Origin: Octopus bimaculoides
Taxonomy: Eukaryota
Assembly: GCF_001194135.2 (NCBI RefSeq)
Contig: NC_068981.1
Location: 7,266,533-7,324,857 of the forward strand
DNA length: 58,325 nucleotides
Direction of reading: 5' to 3'
This document shows, one piece after another, positions 11,000 through 23,930 of the stretch. Numbering within the stretch: position 1 is the first letter of the stretch; each line of letters begins with the position of its first letter. The translations under genes were made by a program, and so were the position numbers. The notes below the pieces were generated by a model. The model made no database searches. It saw nothing but the letters and a program-made list of their open reading frames with translations, and was not told the DNA's origin.

Positions 11000-11324
11000 G
11001 ATTACAGATTCAAGCCATCAATGAAACTGTCCAAATTTGTAAAACCTTCCAGAAGTTTAGCGTTTAAGTATAAATGCACATTTCTACACATGTAACTATA
11101 CGTGTGAGAAAACATACATAAAAACAAAACATGCAAATCTGCACATGCGCTTACTCTCAAATATTGCACACATACATACAAACATGCACAAATACCCTGC
11201 TGATGTTGTTGAACATCCGATGAAGGAGCTTTGGATTTAGGTTGGAAACCGACTCCTTTATTAGCAAGAAATCCGGAAATAAACTGAATAATAACATACA
11301 TACATACATCAACTTCAACTGGCA

Positions 11325-11643
11325 CTCCGTCGCTTACGACGACAAAGGTTCCAGTTGATCCGATCAACGGAACAGCTTGCTCGTGAGATTAACGTGCAAG
11401 TGGCTGAGCACACTACAGACACGCGTATCCCCCCACATACTTGTCAGGGAGATGCAGTGTGACACGAAATGTGACAAGGCTGGCCCCTTGAAATGCAAGT
11501 ATTACTCATTTATGCCAGGTGAGTGGACTGGAGCAACGTGAAATAAAGTGTCTTGCTCAAGGACACAACGCGCCGCCGGGAATCGAACTTGCGACTCTAC
11601 GATCGCGAGACGAATAACATAACCACTAAACCACGCGCTTTCA
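11325..11643 (-). mobile_element. tRNA-derived SINE, family B head/core with alternative 3' tail
   Basis: Minus strand: A-box tggtttagtggtt, B-box gttcgattccc, core gtgtccttgagcaagacacttt; 3' half differs from the 16204 and 25605 copies. Confidence 0.85.
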
Positions 11644-12633
11644 CTGTAATCCATCCATCCATTCATCCATCCATCCATCCATCCATACATCCATCCATCC
11701 ATCCATACATACATACATACATACATACATACATACATACATACATACATACATTCATATGCATACATATAATTCAAGAACTGCTCCTTAGGCCTAATAT
11801 CTGCGAACGTTAACTAGTTGACTGACTCAATACAAGAGTAAAGTCGGATAGATGTTAAGAAATTTCATCAATAGTGACTTCGAAGTTTCGTCAGGAGGAT
11901 TAGTTTATTGAAACTGAATTTAAATACAGGCCGAAATTGAAAAATTAATGTGACCATGATGCTCTGTTGATCTGAAGAGCTAGCCTTCTATATCTGCATT
12001 AGTCTGTAAAATGTGCAATAGTACTATGCAATTTATAGCATACATACCAATACAGACATGTAAAATAATTTATTAACCACTAAAATAGATTATTTTTGCA
12101 TGATGTTGGTTGAGAAACGGCCATCATCCGACGGATGTCAACTGGAGAAATAAATATATTCATCTCATAGCTCCTAACTTTCTTTATATTCTATAAACTC
12201 CCTTTGAAATAATCATCTCTGATTGGATTTACTGGATTCCAACTGCAAAGGGGACTCTACGTATTAGTTTACTATGTCGTATGTAACTAGGTTCACTAAA
12301 AGAGTTTTCTCCCCCTCCCTCCTCTAAAGTTTTCCATCTGTCTCTCTTTCCCTCTCTTTCTCTTTTTCTCTCTCACTCTCTCTCTCGTTGCTCACGCATG
12401 ACCATCGTCCATCTTTCTTTTCCCGCACGGACGTTTATTTCTCTCTCTTTTATCTTTTCTCTTTTCCAGAAAATGTTTCTCACAGCGTTCACTATTTTCC
12501 TCACGTTCTGGTCAAACGACGCTCCGTGCTTGTTTTCGTTCAGTTCTTTTGTATGTCTCCACTGTCTTGTTTTTGTTCCCAACTTTGACCTTCCATAAAT
12601 CCTAAATTCTCTTTTTATAATTTATGGGAGCAA

Positions 12634-12860
12634 CTGTCTTTGAAGACTCATATTACGGTTGAATGCTCGAAATGAGGAGTAGATAGACAGCCAACAACTG
12701 ATGAAGGGTCCTTTCTCTGTGTTTACTTGTCCTCTTTTCCATTTTCTTCTTGTTGCTTACGTACTTCACACTTTTTTTCCCTCGTTTGTTTACGTATTTC
12801 ATGTTATTTGCACTGTTGGTGACGTCTTGCACCTATATATGCATGTATATATATCATATA
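12634..12860 (+). repeat. Degenerate relative of the 8690-8930 hammerhead-bearing repeat
   Basis: Same order: ctgtct-TTGAAGA-...atgctc-GAAA-...agacag, then CTGATGAAGGG (12698), pyrimidine tail and gtgacgtcttgcacctatatatgcatgtat end. Confidence 0.4.
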
Positions 12861-13580
12861 TTATTTATTATATATGTACAAATATATATATATATATATT
12901 TTTTAAATTTTTTTATTTATTTTATAGTTTCAGCTTAGAGCTGCGGCCATATATATATATATATATTCACATGTATATATAAACGCATATACATAAAAAA
13001 ATACTTACAGGTATGCGTACATGTACATATGTATAGATTTATATATACTACACATGCACACGCATACACACTCATATATATATAGTGTTACATAACTGTT
13101 TATTAATGTATGTTGACAAATATAGACACACATACACACATATATATATATATTTGTATATATATATTTTTCCCTTTATATATGTGTTCTCCGACATCTT
13201 GACAAAACTGTCTCGAAATGTGTCTGCTACAGCGAGAGAAGTTTTTCAAATCAAGATTTATGTTGTTGCACCATTCTCATGGCGATAGACATATATATTT
13301 AGCTAGTTAACATCTTTTCCCATCTGACAGATATTCGAGAGACCGGTCTAGGCTAATGCTAGCGTGTCCATTTAGCATAGGAGGAAAATAGCATCTGTTA
13401 AGATTAGTTGCTTATCTGGAGAATGTTTAGGCTGGGAAACATATCAGAGATTATGCGAATTAAGAAAAAAAAAAAAAAACAGGAAAAATGTTTTCAACGC
13501 TGGCGAGATTTTCATTTCTTCTGTCTGTCCATTTCTTTATTTTAATGCCTTGTTATGTGTGTGTGTGTGTNNNNNNNNNN

Positions 13581-13620
<40 letters not shown>

Positions 13621-14644
13621 TGTGTGTACACGTGTGTGGTGTTAGATTCTTTCGATGAAAGGATATGCAGAAATGTCGAAAATATATCTTACTGCGGCTG
13701 TGAGACACTGAATGATTTTGAGGGCGTCTGTAGAGATGTGTGTGTGTGTGTGATGTGGGATCGATAAGAACTAAACGACTGGAGATAACATGTTAAACAG
13801 CGTGAAGATCGATGAAATAAACAGAGATGTATCATCGGTCGAGGAAATTGGCTGATCGGTAGAGAGAAAGTTGAGACAGAGAGGGTGTGAAGTTATTTGA
13901 TAAGTACGTGTGTGTGTATGTGTGCATACATGCACACATGCAAGTACACCCACAAACAGGCATACACACACAGACGCGGTCGCACGAACCACATCACACA
14001 AGCGCGCGCAAACACAGACACAGTAATATCCGTGTCATTATTTATGTGTTGAGAGGCGAGCGAAAATTGTTATGCGCGATTACGTGTGCACGTGATCGGA
14101 TGTGTATTGTATGTGTATGACTATACATACACACATGCATACATACATACATACATACATACATACATACATACACACGTACGCATACACATAGGTATGT
14201 ACGTATATATACATACGTATAAGTATATATATATATNNNNNNNNNNNNNNNNNNNNNNNNNNNNNNNNNNNNNNNNNNNNNNNNNNNNNNNNNNNNNNNN
14301 NNNNNNNNNNNNNNNNNNNNNNNNNNNNNNNNNNNNNNNNNNNNNNNNNNNNNNNNNNNNNNNNNNNNNNNNNNNNNNNNNNNNNNNNNNNNNNNNNNNN
14401 NNNNNNNNNNNNNNNNNNNNNNNNNNNNNNNNNNNNNNNNNNNNNNNNNNNNNNNNNNNNNNNNNNNNNNNNNNNNNNNNNNNNNNNNNNNNNNNNNNNN
14501 NNNNNNNNNNNNNNNNNNNNNNNNNNNNNNNNNNNNNNNNNNTATATATATATATATATATATATTTAAATACGTACACACATACACACACAGATTCATA
14601 TACATGCAAAATTACGTCTATATGTTGACAGGGATTTATATATG

Positions 14645-14678
<34 letters not shown>

Positions 14679-15306
14679 AGTATAATATATTTTGATGGTT
14701 GCGTCTCTATATTTGTATGCTTGTTATCTGCACACATCTATGAATAATATACTTACGTAACTAGTCTTATTAAATGAGGCAAAAACTAAGAGCAAGAATT
14801 GCAATTGGAAAGATGTAGTTACGATTCGTGTTAGAGATGTGGATTCTTTGGTGGACAAGTAATGACGTATTTTCGAAATGGAAAGAAAAGGAGAACGCTA
14901 AGAACTGGAAAAGGTTTCAATTAGCATCGTAAAGAGATTATCGGGATGTGAGATGTTAACTCCATGAAGTCCCAATAACGAATGACATCAATCTGACGTT
15001 TAACGATATCCCGAACAGGACAGGGTCCAAAAGTGAAAGTTGAGATTCTCTAAAAGTAATAAAAAGACAATAGTGGCGTAGCATCTTCAATTACAAACAC
15101 TGCAGACTGATGAAATATATAAGAACCATTTGATTTGATGGCAAAAATTCCCTCTTTAGTCAACTCGTTTCTTAGTCTTTAGGATCTTGTAAGCTGAGTA
15201 GCAATGATTATCTAAAAGTAATCCAAAGCAATCAATTCTTATCGATAATTGTTATATTCAATAGGAGTCGCATTATTCAACATTTCGCTCAGTTCTTTCT
15301 ACGCAG

Positions 15307-15334
15307 GATGGCTTGTTCTTGGAAATCGCAACAG
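15307..15334 (+). CDS. Candidate 28-nt microexon (all frames open)
   Basis: Acceptor gttctttctacgcag|, donor CAG|gtaaca; otherwise unsupported. Confidence 0.2.
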
Positions 15335-16203
15335 GTAACAGCCTACATAAGTTCATGATAAACAACAGTATCGATGTTATAGAAAGTACAGTCCGTCTTC
15401 TCTGCCCCATCTTGTAACTTCCCTCACAGTTACTACGACTGTTACTGCAGGCAACCTCCAGCCATGCCCACTCAGTTGATTCCTGTCCCAGTCTCCTGAG
15501 TGCCTTTCACATTATTATTAGACCTGGCTTTTCCATATGTATAATTCCTGCAACGCCATAGACAATACTAAGTCACAGACAATGGTTCTCCCCGTTTGAC
15601 TAATAACCAAAGCAAAGCAAAAAGACAAAACAAAAAAAAAACAAAACAAAGAAACAAAAAGGAAGAGAAAAACATAAAAAATAAAAAAAGAGACAAAAGA
15701 TGTTTTCAAATGAATTTACTTTTTTTTTGTGATAATTTAATCAAAACCAAGAGATCAACAAAAACCATTCACAATGGCCCTTCCCCTCAACAAGGATCTA
15801 AAAAATTTACATAGTTTCCGTACTTTAATTCAATTCATGTTAGAATTTCATTTCTTTTTATTTTGTCTGATTGGAATGCAAAAATCATTCTGGTTCATTT
15901 GCATATTAATGATTCTNNNNNNNNNNNNNNNNNNNNNNNNNNNNNNNNNNNNNNNNNNNNNNNNNNNNNNNNNNNNNNNNNNNNNNNNNNNNNNNNNNNN
16001 NNNNNNNNNNNNNNNNNNNNNNNNNNNNNNNNNNNNNNNNNNNNNNNNTCTCTATCCTGAAATAGTGGGTTATTTTACAAAAAATATGTGTCATAGGAAA
16101 TGGTGTGGTGGCTTGAGGCGTTGGAATTTTCTCTTGGAGTTAAACTCTGAACAGAGAAATAGGTTACAGGTTTAATGTAGGTTAAGAAATAACAGACAAT
16201 ATA

Positions 16204-16463
16204 ATAAATAATAAATGCGCCCTCTTAAAGCCTATCCAGGCTCATGGGCCCGGTTTCCCGGTTTTAATGGCGTATGTGTTCCTCAGCTGGAGGGGACGCC
16301 AGTCCATCGCAGCGTTACTCACTTTTGCCAGCTGAGTGGACTGGAGCAACGTGAAACGAAGTGTTTCGCTCAAGAACATAACGCGTCGCCCGGTCCAGGA
16401 ATCGAAACCACAATCTTGCGATCATGGTGCGGACACCCTAACCACTAAGCCACGCGCCTCCAC
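16204..16463 (-). mobile_element. Full-length family B SINE with 13-bp TSD
   Basis: A-box tggcttagtgg, B-box ggtttcgattcc, core, ctgcgatggactggcgtcc tail segment; TSD aacagacaatata at 16191-16203 and 16464-16476. Confidence 0.92.
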
Positions 16464-16469
16464 AACAGA

Positions 16470-16685
16470 CAATATACTGGTTTGAAATTTTTGGCACAAG
16501 GCCAGGAGTTTCCAGGAAGTGCGTAGGTCGAATACATCAACTCCAATGCTTAACTGGTGTTTATTTTGTCGACTCTGAAAGGATGAAAAGCAAAGTCGAC
16601 CTCGCGGAATTTGAACGTAAAGACGGAATGAAATGCCGCAGAGCATTTGTCCGGCATGCTAACGATTCTGCCAGCTCGCTGCCTT
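16470..16685 (-). mobile_element. Family C SINE (tRNA head + central domain resembling the Meta/MESC domain)
   Basis: Minus strand: ggcagcgagctggcagaatcgttagc...gttcaaattccgcgaggtcgactttgcttttcatcctttcagagtcgacaaaataaacaccag. Domain name assigned from memory. Confidence 0.8.
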
Positions 16686-17196
16686 AGTAAGATGCGACAT
16701 GTGGATAAGTTTGTGCCGTAGAAGGTCTCCAATAAAATACCAGTTATATCTTGGAGGCTGTTCAGGTGAGTATACACCTCCTGAAAATGTGTAATCTTTC
16801 ACTAAAATTACAAGCCGTCATCTGCCTCCTCCCCTCCTCCTCCTCCTCCTCCTCCTCCTCATCATCATCATCATCATCATCATCATCACCACCACCACCA
16901 CCACCATCACCCCACCTTCTTCTTCTTCTTCTTCTTCTTCTTCTTCTTCTTCTTCTTCGCCGTCACCGCCGTGGCCATCCTCATCATCACTGTCACCAAT
17001 TTATCACCCCCCGGGGGTGGGGGGAGCAAATCCGGACAGTTCATTACAAGAATATATATATTCCATCCATCATCGCCATGGTTTATAATCTAACACGCCC
17101 ACGAATTGTGTTGATTGGCCTTGTGGGTATTTCTTCCAACTCTTTATTATTACATTCCAAGTTCAAATCTCGCCGGGGTCAAATTTGACTCATAAA

Positions 17197-17259
<63 letters not shown>

Positions 17260-17488
17260 TAAAACTAGAACAGCAACGGACCATGATAAAACAATGGCAA
17301 GAAAAGCCCCTACATGGTAAATACTGGGCTAAACTAAATGCAAAAGAAATAGACAGAGAAAAATCCCAGCAATGGTTGAGAAGCTCAGGACTCAAAGCAG
17401 AGACTGAAGGATTTTTAATTGCTGCACAAGACCAAAGCCTCCCCACCAGAAATTACAAAAAACATATAATGAAAAGAAACATAACAAG
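17260..17488 (+). mobile_element. R4/Dong-clade LINE fragment inside (AAT)n; remainder probably in the N gap
   Basis: QWQEKPLHGKYW...SQQWLRSSGLKAETEGFLIAAQDQSLPTRNY is the typical post-RT segment of R4/Dong ORFs; (AAT)n on both sides (17197-17258 and 18487-18540). Confidence 0.85.
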
Positions 17489-18486
17489 NNNNNNNNNNNN
17501 NNNNNNNNNNNNNNNNNNNNNNNNNNNNNNNNNNNNNNNNNNNNNNNNNNNNNNNNNNNNNNNNNNNNNNNNNNNNNNNNNNNNNNNNNNNNNNNNNNNN
17601 NNNNNNNNNNNNNNNNNNNNNNNNNNNNNNNNNNNNNNNNNNNNNNNNNNNNNNNNNNNNNNNNNNNNNNNNNNNNNNNNNNNNNNNNNNNNNNNNNNNN
17701 NNNNNNNNNNNNNNNNNNNNNNNNNNNNNNNNNNNNNNNNNNNNNNNNNNNNNNNNNNNNNNNNNNNNNNNNNNNNNNNNNNNNNNNNNNNNNNNNNNNN
17801 NNNNNNNNNNNNNNNNNNNNNNNNNNNNNNNNNNNNNNNNNNNNNNNNNNNNNNNNNNNNNNNNNNNNNNNNNNNNNNNNNNNNNNNNNNNNNNNNNNNN
17901 NNNNNNNNNNNNNNNNNNNNNNNNNNNNNNNNNNNNNNNNNNNNNNNNNNNNNNNNNNNNNNNNNNNNNNNNNNNNNNNNNNNNNNNNNNNNNNNNNNNN
18001 NNNNNNNNNNNNNNNNNNNNNNNNNNNNNNNNNNNNNNNNNNNNNNNNNNNNNNNNNNNNNNNNNNNNNNNNNNNNNNNNNNNNNNNNNNNNNNNNNNNN
18101 NNNNNNNNNNNNNNNNNNNNNNNNNNNNNNNNNNNNNNNNNNNNNNNNNNNNNNNNNNNNNNNNNNNNNNNNNNNNNNNNNNNNNNNNNNNNNNNNNNNN
18201 NNNNNNNNNNNNNNNNNNNNNNNNNNNNNNNNNNNNNNNNNNNNNNNNNNNNNNNNNNNNNNNNNNNNNNNNNNNNNNNNNNNNNNNNNNNNNNNNNNNN
18301 NNNNNNNNNNNNNNNNNNNNNNNNNNNNNNNNNNNNNNNNNNNNNNNNNNNNNNNNNNNNNNNNNNNNNNNNNNNNNNNNNNNNNNNNNNNNNNNNNNNN
18401 NNNNNNNNNNNNNNNNNNNNNNNNNNNNNNNNNNNNNNNNNNNNNNNNNNNNNNNNNNNNNNNNNNNNNNNNNNNNNNNNNNNNNN

Positions 18487-18541
<55 letters not shown>

Positions 18542-18624
18542 TAATAAATCAAATATTGGAGATGATGGTATTCACTACTCCCCACCCACTCCTCAATATT
18601 GCTGGCCTGGTGCCGAAATTAGAA

Positions 18625-18682
<58 letters not shown>

Positions 18683-19020
18683 ACTACTAAACACTATAGT
18701 CGGTTTGTATTCATTTTGGTCCAAGTAGTAATAAAGCATGCTTCAATGCTTACCCGCCAGGGGGCGCCGTAATGACAGAAATACCAACAAGTTGATAATA
18801 AGTAAAATGCTCTCGACAGCTTTTCTAATCATTTTTGTTTAGTTTAGGTTTGGTGCACACTGCGACGCAATTTAGCGCAACCGATTTGGACAAAACGGGC
18901 AAACACACACCCACACACGCACATGCAAAGTGTATATGTCCATATATACATATATATGTATATGACCCTCTCTCTGTGTCTCTCTTTATCTATCTATCAA
19001 TATATATCTATCTGTCTATC

Positions 19021-19053
<33 letters not shown>

Positions 19054-19224
19054 ATACGCATACGTATATATGTAGATATAAGTGCATACATATCTGCAGA
19101 TATATTACGTCTTCTGTGTGTATATATGTGTATATATATATGCATGTATGTATATTGTATATGTACACACAGAGAGGCAAACTTACACACACACACACAT
19201 GCACACGCACACAGATGCATACAG

Positions 19225-19266
<42 letters not shown>

Positions 19267-19979
19267 NNNNNNNNNNNNNNNNNNNNNNNNNNNNNNNNNN
19301 NNNNNNNNNNNNNNNNNNNNNNNNNNNNNNNNNNNNNNNNNNNNNNNNNNNNNNNNNNNNNNNNNNNNNNNNNNNNNNNNNNNNNNNNNNNNNNNNNNNN
19401 NNNNNNNNNNNNNNNNNNNNNNNNNNNNNNNNNNNNNNNNNNNNNNNNNNNNNNNNNNNNNNNNNNNNNNNNNNNNNNNNNNNNNNNNNNNNNNNNNNNN
19501 NNNNNNNNNNNNNNNNNNNNNNNNNNNNNNNNNNNNNNNNNNNNNNNNNNNNNNNNNNNNNNNNNNNNNNNNNNNNNNNNNNNNNNNNNNNNNNNNNNNN
19601 NNNNNNNNNNNNNNNNNNNNNNNNNNNNNNNNNNNNNNNNNNNNNNNNNNNNNNNNNNNNNNNNNNNNNNNNNNNNNNNNNNNNNNNNNNNNNNNNNNNN
19701 NNNNNNNNNNNNNNNNNNNNNNNNNNNNNNNNNNNNNNNNNNNNNNNNNNNNNNNNNNNNNNNNNNNNNNNNNNNNNNNNNNNNNNNNNNNNNNNNNNNN
19801 NNNNNNNNNNNNNNNNNNNNNNNNNNNNNNNNNNNNNNNNNNNNNNNNNNNNNNNNNNNNNNNNNNNNNNNNNNNNNNNNNNNNNNNNNNNNNNNNNNNN
19901 NNNNNNNNNNNNNNNNNNNNNNNNNNNNNNNNNNNNNNNNNNNNNNNNNNNNNNNNNNNNNNNNNNNNNNNNNNNNNNN

Positions 19980-20032
<53 letters not shown>

Positions 20033-20657
20033 ATATATATATATATGTGTGTGTGTGTGCGTGTGTATGCATGTATATATGTATGTATATGGTCGGTATA
20101 AGCGGATGAGAAGTCTATGTTGGTTTGTGTATATTTTGTTTAAATACCGGTGTATATAAGTATGCACATACGTATGTATATATACATACCTACACACATA
20201 TCTGTATATGCATAATCAAACGGAATGCTACATATACATGCTCTTGTTTGTAGATAGATAGATAGGTAGATAGATAGATAGATAGATAGATAGATATAGG
20301 TAGAGACATAGAGATAGAGATAGGGAGAGAGAGAGAGAGAGAGAGAAAGATAGAAGGAGAGACAAAGATTGAGAGAGGGAGAGAGAGGTGTGGTTTAATA
20401 TATCAACAAAAGACCAAAGAGAAAGAAACAATGAGGACTAAAGGATTATTTTGTTTGATTGTATCAGTTGATAAAGACGTGAACATCTATCGGTGATTCG
20501 ATGAGAGATCGATACGGAAGCCATGAGTACACATCATAAATTGGTTATATATATGGCGGCACTTTGAAAGTCGTCCGGGGAGAAAACAGATTATTACGCT
20601 CTTAGTGTTTGCTGTACAACTGCATTTGTGCATGTATTGGCAGGTTGTGTGTGTGCA

Positions 20658-20735
<78 letters not shown>

Positions 20736-21040
20736 CGTGTGTGTGTGTGCGTGTGTATATTTGCGCGCGTGTCCGTCCGCGTTTATGCATGTATGTGTAT
20801 GTGTGCATATGTGTGCATGTGTTTGTGCAGGTGTGCGTATGTGCATGTATGTGTGTATCCATGTGTGTGTAACTCTGTGTGTGTGTATGGTGTGTATGCG
20901 AGCGTAAATGTATGTACGTAAGTAAGTGTGTTTTTACGTGTGTGTGCTTGTGTGTTTGTATTTGTTCGGGTACATTGGGATACAATCTCTTTCTATTCAC
21001 ATGTATATATAGGTATATATTGCATGTATGCATATATATG

Positions 21041-21081
<41 letters not shown>

Positions 21082-21895
21082 NNNNNNNNNNNNNNNNNNN
21101 NNNNNNNNNNNNNNNNNNNNNNNNNNNNNNNNNNNNNNNNNNNNNNNNNNNNNNNNNNNNNNNNNNNNNNNNNNNNNNNNNNNNNNNNNNNNNNNNNNNN
21201 NNNNNNNNNNNNNNNNNNNNNNNNNNNNNNNNNNNNNNNNNNNNNNNNNNNNNNNNNNNNNNNNNNNNNNNNNNNNNNNNNNNNNNNNNNNNNNNNNNNN
21301 NNNNNNNNNNNNNNNNNNNNNNNNNNNNNNNNNNNNNNNNNNNNNNNNNNNNNNNNNNNNNNNNNNNNNNNNNNNNNNNNNNNNNNNNNNNNNNNNNNNN
21401 NNNNNNNNNNNNNNNNNNNNNNNNNNNNNNNNNNNNNNNNNNNNNNNNNNNNNNNNNNNNNNNNNNNNNNNNNNNNNNNNNNNNNNNNNNNNNNNNNNNN
21501 NNNNNNNNNNNNNNNNNNNNNNNNNNNNNNNNNNNNNNNNNNNNNNNNNNNNNNNNNNNNNNNNNNNNNNNNNNNNNNNNNNNNNNNNNNNNNNNNNNNN
21601 NNNNNNNNNNNNNNNNNNNNNNNNNNNNNNNNNNNNNNNNNNNNNNNNNNNNNNNNNNNNNNNNNNNNNNNNNNNNNNNNNNNNNNNNNNNNNNNNNNNN
21701 NNNNNNNNNNNNNNNNNNNNNNNNNNNNNNNNNNNNNNNNNNNNNNNNNNNNNNNNNNNNNNNNNNNNNNNNNNNNNNNNNNNNNNNNNNNNNNNNNNNN
21801 NNNNNNNNNNNNNNNNNNNNNNNNATATACATATCTACACATGCATATATATATATATATATTTATATATATTAATATATAAACATATCTACACA

Positions 21896-21930
<35 letters not shown>

Positions 21931-22028
21931 TCATTCATTTGATACGGTATTCTCATTTCATACCCAAGGTATTATTACAGCAATGTTATGTATATAAAAA
22001 ATTATAATACGAGCAATATCAATGATGA

Positions 22029-22105
<77 letters not shown>

Positions 22106-22234
22106 TAATAAAAAAATTGATGATAATAACAATAAAAATGAAAAAAGGTAGTGGGATGATCGATGATTATTATTATTGTTACCGTGGTTATCATCATTCA
22201 TCATCATCATCACTGTCATCATCTATTATTATCA

Positions 22235-22278
<44 letters not shown>

Positions 22279-22847
22279 GTTATTATCATCACCATTATTA
22301 GAATAAGTAGTCAAAAATATAGAGATCGTTAAAGACAATAACACGGTATCAAATAATTGCAATTACTACAGCAACAACAAACCAATAACGTGTNNNNNNN
22401 NNNCACCCACACACACGCATACACATTCATATGTGTGTATATGTGTGTGTATAAATATATATATATATTCATATATGCGTATATCTATGTATGTATTTAT
22501 ATATGATAAAATACAAAAGTAATTTAATGAAAAAAAAAAAAGCGGACTGGCAACAGAGAGCGCCACAAAGAAAGACAACCCCTTCGCCTTCCATTCCCGC
22601 TGTGAAATTCCTCCATGTCGCCTTTCATTTGTTTTAGTTTTAGGGTCTGCCAGAACAGATGGAATGCTGTAAAAATCGGCATTTTGCCCCGAAAAGAAAT
22701 TATTACATACTTATTTCAAAGTAAAGATTTTCCAGTAGTTATTATTTGTGTTGTTGTTGTAGTTGCTGTTGGTGTTGTTGTTAATGTTGTCTGTGTCTGA
22801 TTGTTAAGTTGTGATATTCATTGTTTGTTGGTTGGTGCTTATTGAAA

Positions 22848-22897
<50 letters not shown>

Positions 22898-23890
22898 TAT
22901 NNNNNNNNNNNNNNNNNNNNNNNNNNNNNNNNNNNNNNNNNNNNNNNNNNNNNNNNNNNNNNNNNNNNNNNNNNNNNNNNNNNNNNNNNNNNNNNNNNNN
23001 NNNNNNNNNNNNNNNNNNNNNNNNNNNNNNNNNNNNNNNNNNNNNNNNNNNNNNNNNNNNNNNNNNNNNNNNNNNNNNNNNNNNNNNNNNNNNNNNNNNN
23101 NNNNNNNNNNNNNNNNNNNNNNNNNNNNNNNNNNNNNNNNNNNNNNNNNNNNNNNNNNNNNNNNNNNNNNNNNNNNNNNNNNNNNNNNNNNNNNNNNNNN
23201 NNNNNNNNNNNNNNNNNNNNNNNNNNNNNNNNNNNNNNNNNNNNNNNNNNNNNNNNNNNNNNNNNNNNNNNNNNNNNNNNNNNNNNNNNNNNNNNNNNNN
23301 NNNNNNNNNNNNNNNNNNNNNNNNNNNNNNNNNNNNNNNNNNNNNNNNNNNNNNNNNNNNNNNNNNNNNNNNNNNNNNNNNNNNNNNNNNNNNNNNNNNN
23401 NNNNNNNNNNNNNNNNNNNNNNNNNNNNNNNNNNNNNNNNNNNNNNNNNNNNNNNNNNNNNNNNNNNNNNNNNNNNNNNNNNNNNNNNNNNNNNNNNNNN
23501 NNNNNNNNNNNNNNNNNNNNNNNNNNNNNNNNNNNNNNNNNNNNNNNNNNNNNNNNNNNNNNNNNNNNNNNNNNNNNNNNNNNNNNNNNNNNNNNNNNNN
23601 NNNNNNNNNNNNNNNNNNNNNNNNNNNNNNNNNNNNNNNNNNNNNNNNNNNNNNNNNNNNNNNNNNNNNNNNNNNNNNNNNNNNNNNNNNNNNNNNNNNN
23701 NNNNNNNNNNNNNNNNNNNNNNNNNNNNNNNNNNNNNNNNNNNNNNNNNNNNNNNNNNNNNNNNNNNNNNNNNNNNNNNNNNNNNNNNNNNNNNNNNNNN
23801 NNNNNNNNNNNNNNNNNNNNNNNNNNNNNNNNNNNNNNNNNNNNNNNNNNNNNNNNNNNNNNNNNNNNNNNNNNNNNNNNNNNNNNNTGA

Positions 23891-23930
<40 letters not shown>

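Larger units (their letters stand above)
10191..11298 (+). mobile_element. 5'-truncated RLE-type (R4/NeSL-like) LINE 3' fragment, interrupted by a MITE, flanked by (ATAC)n
   Basis: Translation VEIICSADVKIELEISDKENTYAELLRNL...FIPVIIEALGY matches the C-terminal restriction-like endonuclease region (D..KE..Y..L...PV.IGALG); continues after 11007; homologous to 47151-47450. Confidence 0.8.

Noticed and set aside
11215-11262. CCGATGAAGG...GAAACCG as a hammerhead
   Set aside because: No stem II closing next to GAAA and no UH/stem I; it is better explained as a LINE 3'UTR stem-loop (aaggag/ctcctt).
15880-15916. Octamer ATTTGCAT plus CCAAT before a gap, as an snRNA promoter
   Set aside because: No PSE or snRNA sequence is visible; single motifs are expected by chance in AT-rich DNA.
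22644-22720. Additional splice-site-bounded segments (22644-22720, 36831 onward, 48947 onward, 53886-54001)
   Set aside because: Weak donors or in-frame stops; such matches are expected by chance in ~45 kb and no homology is recognised.
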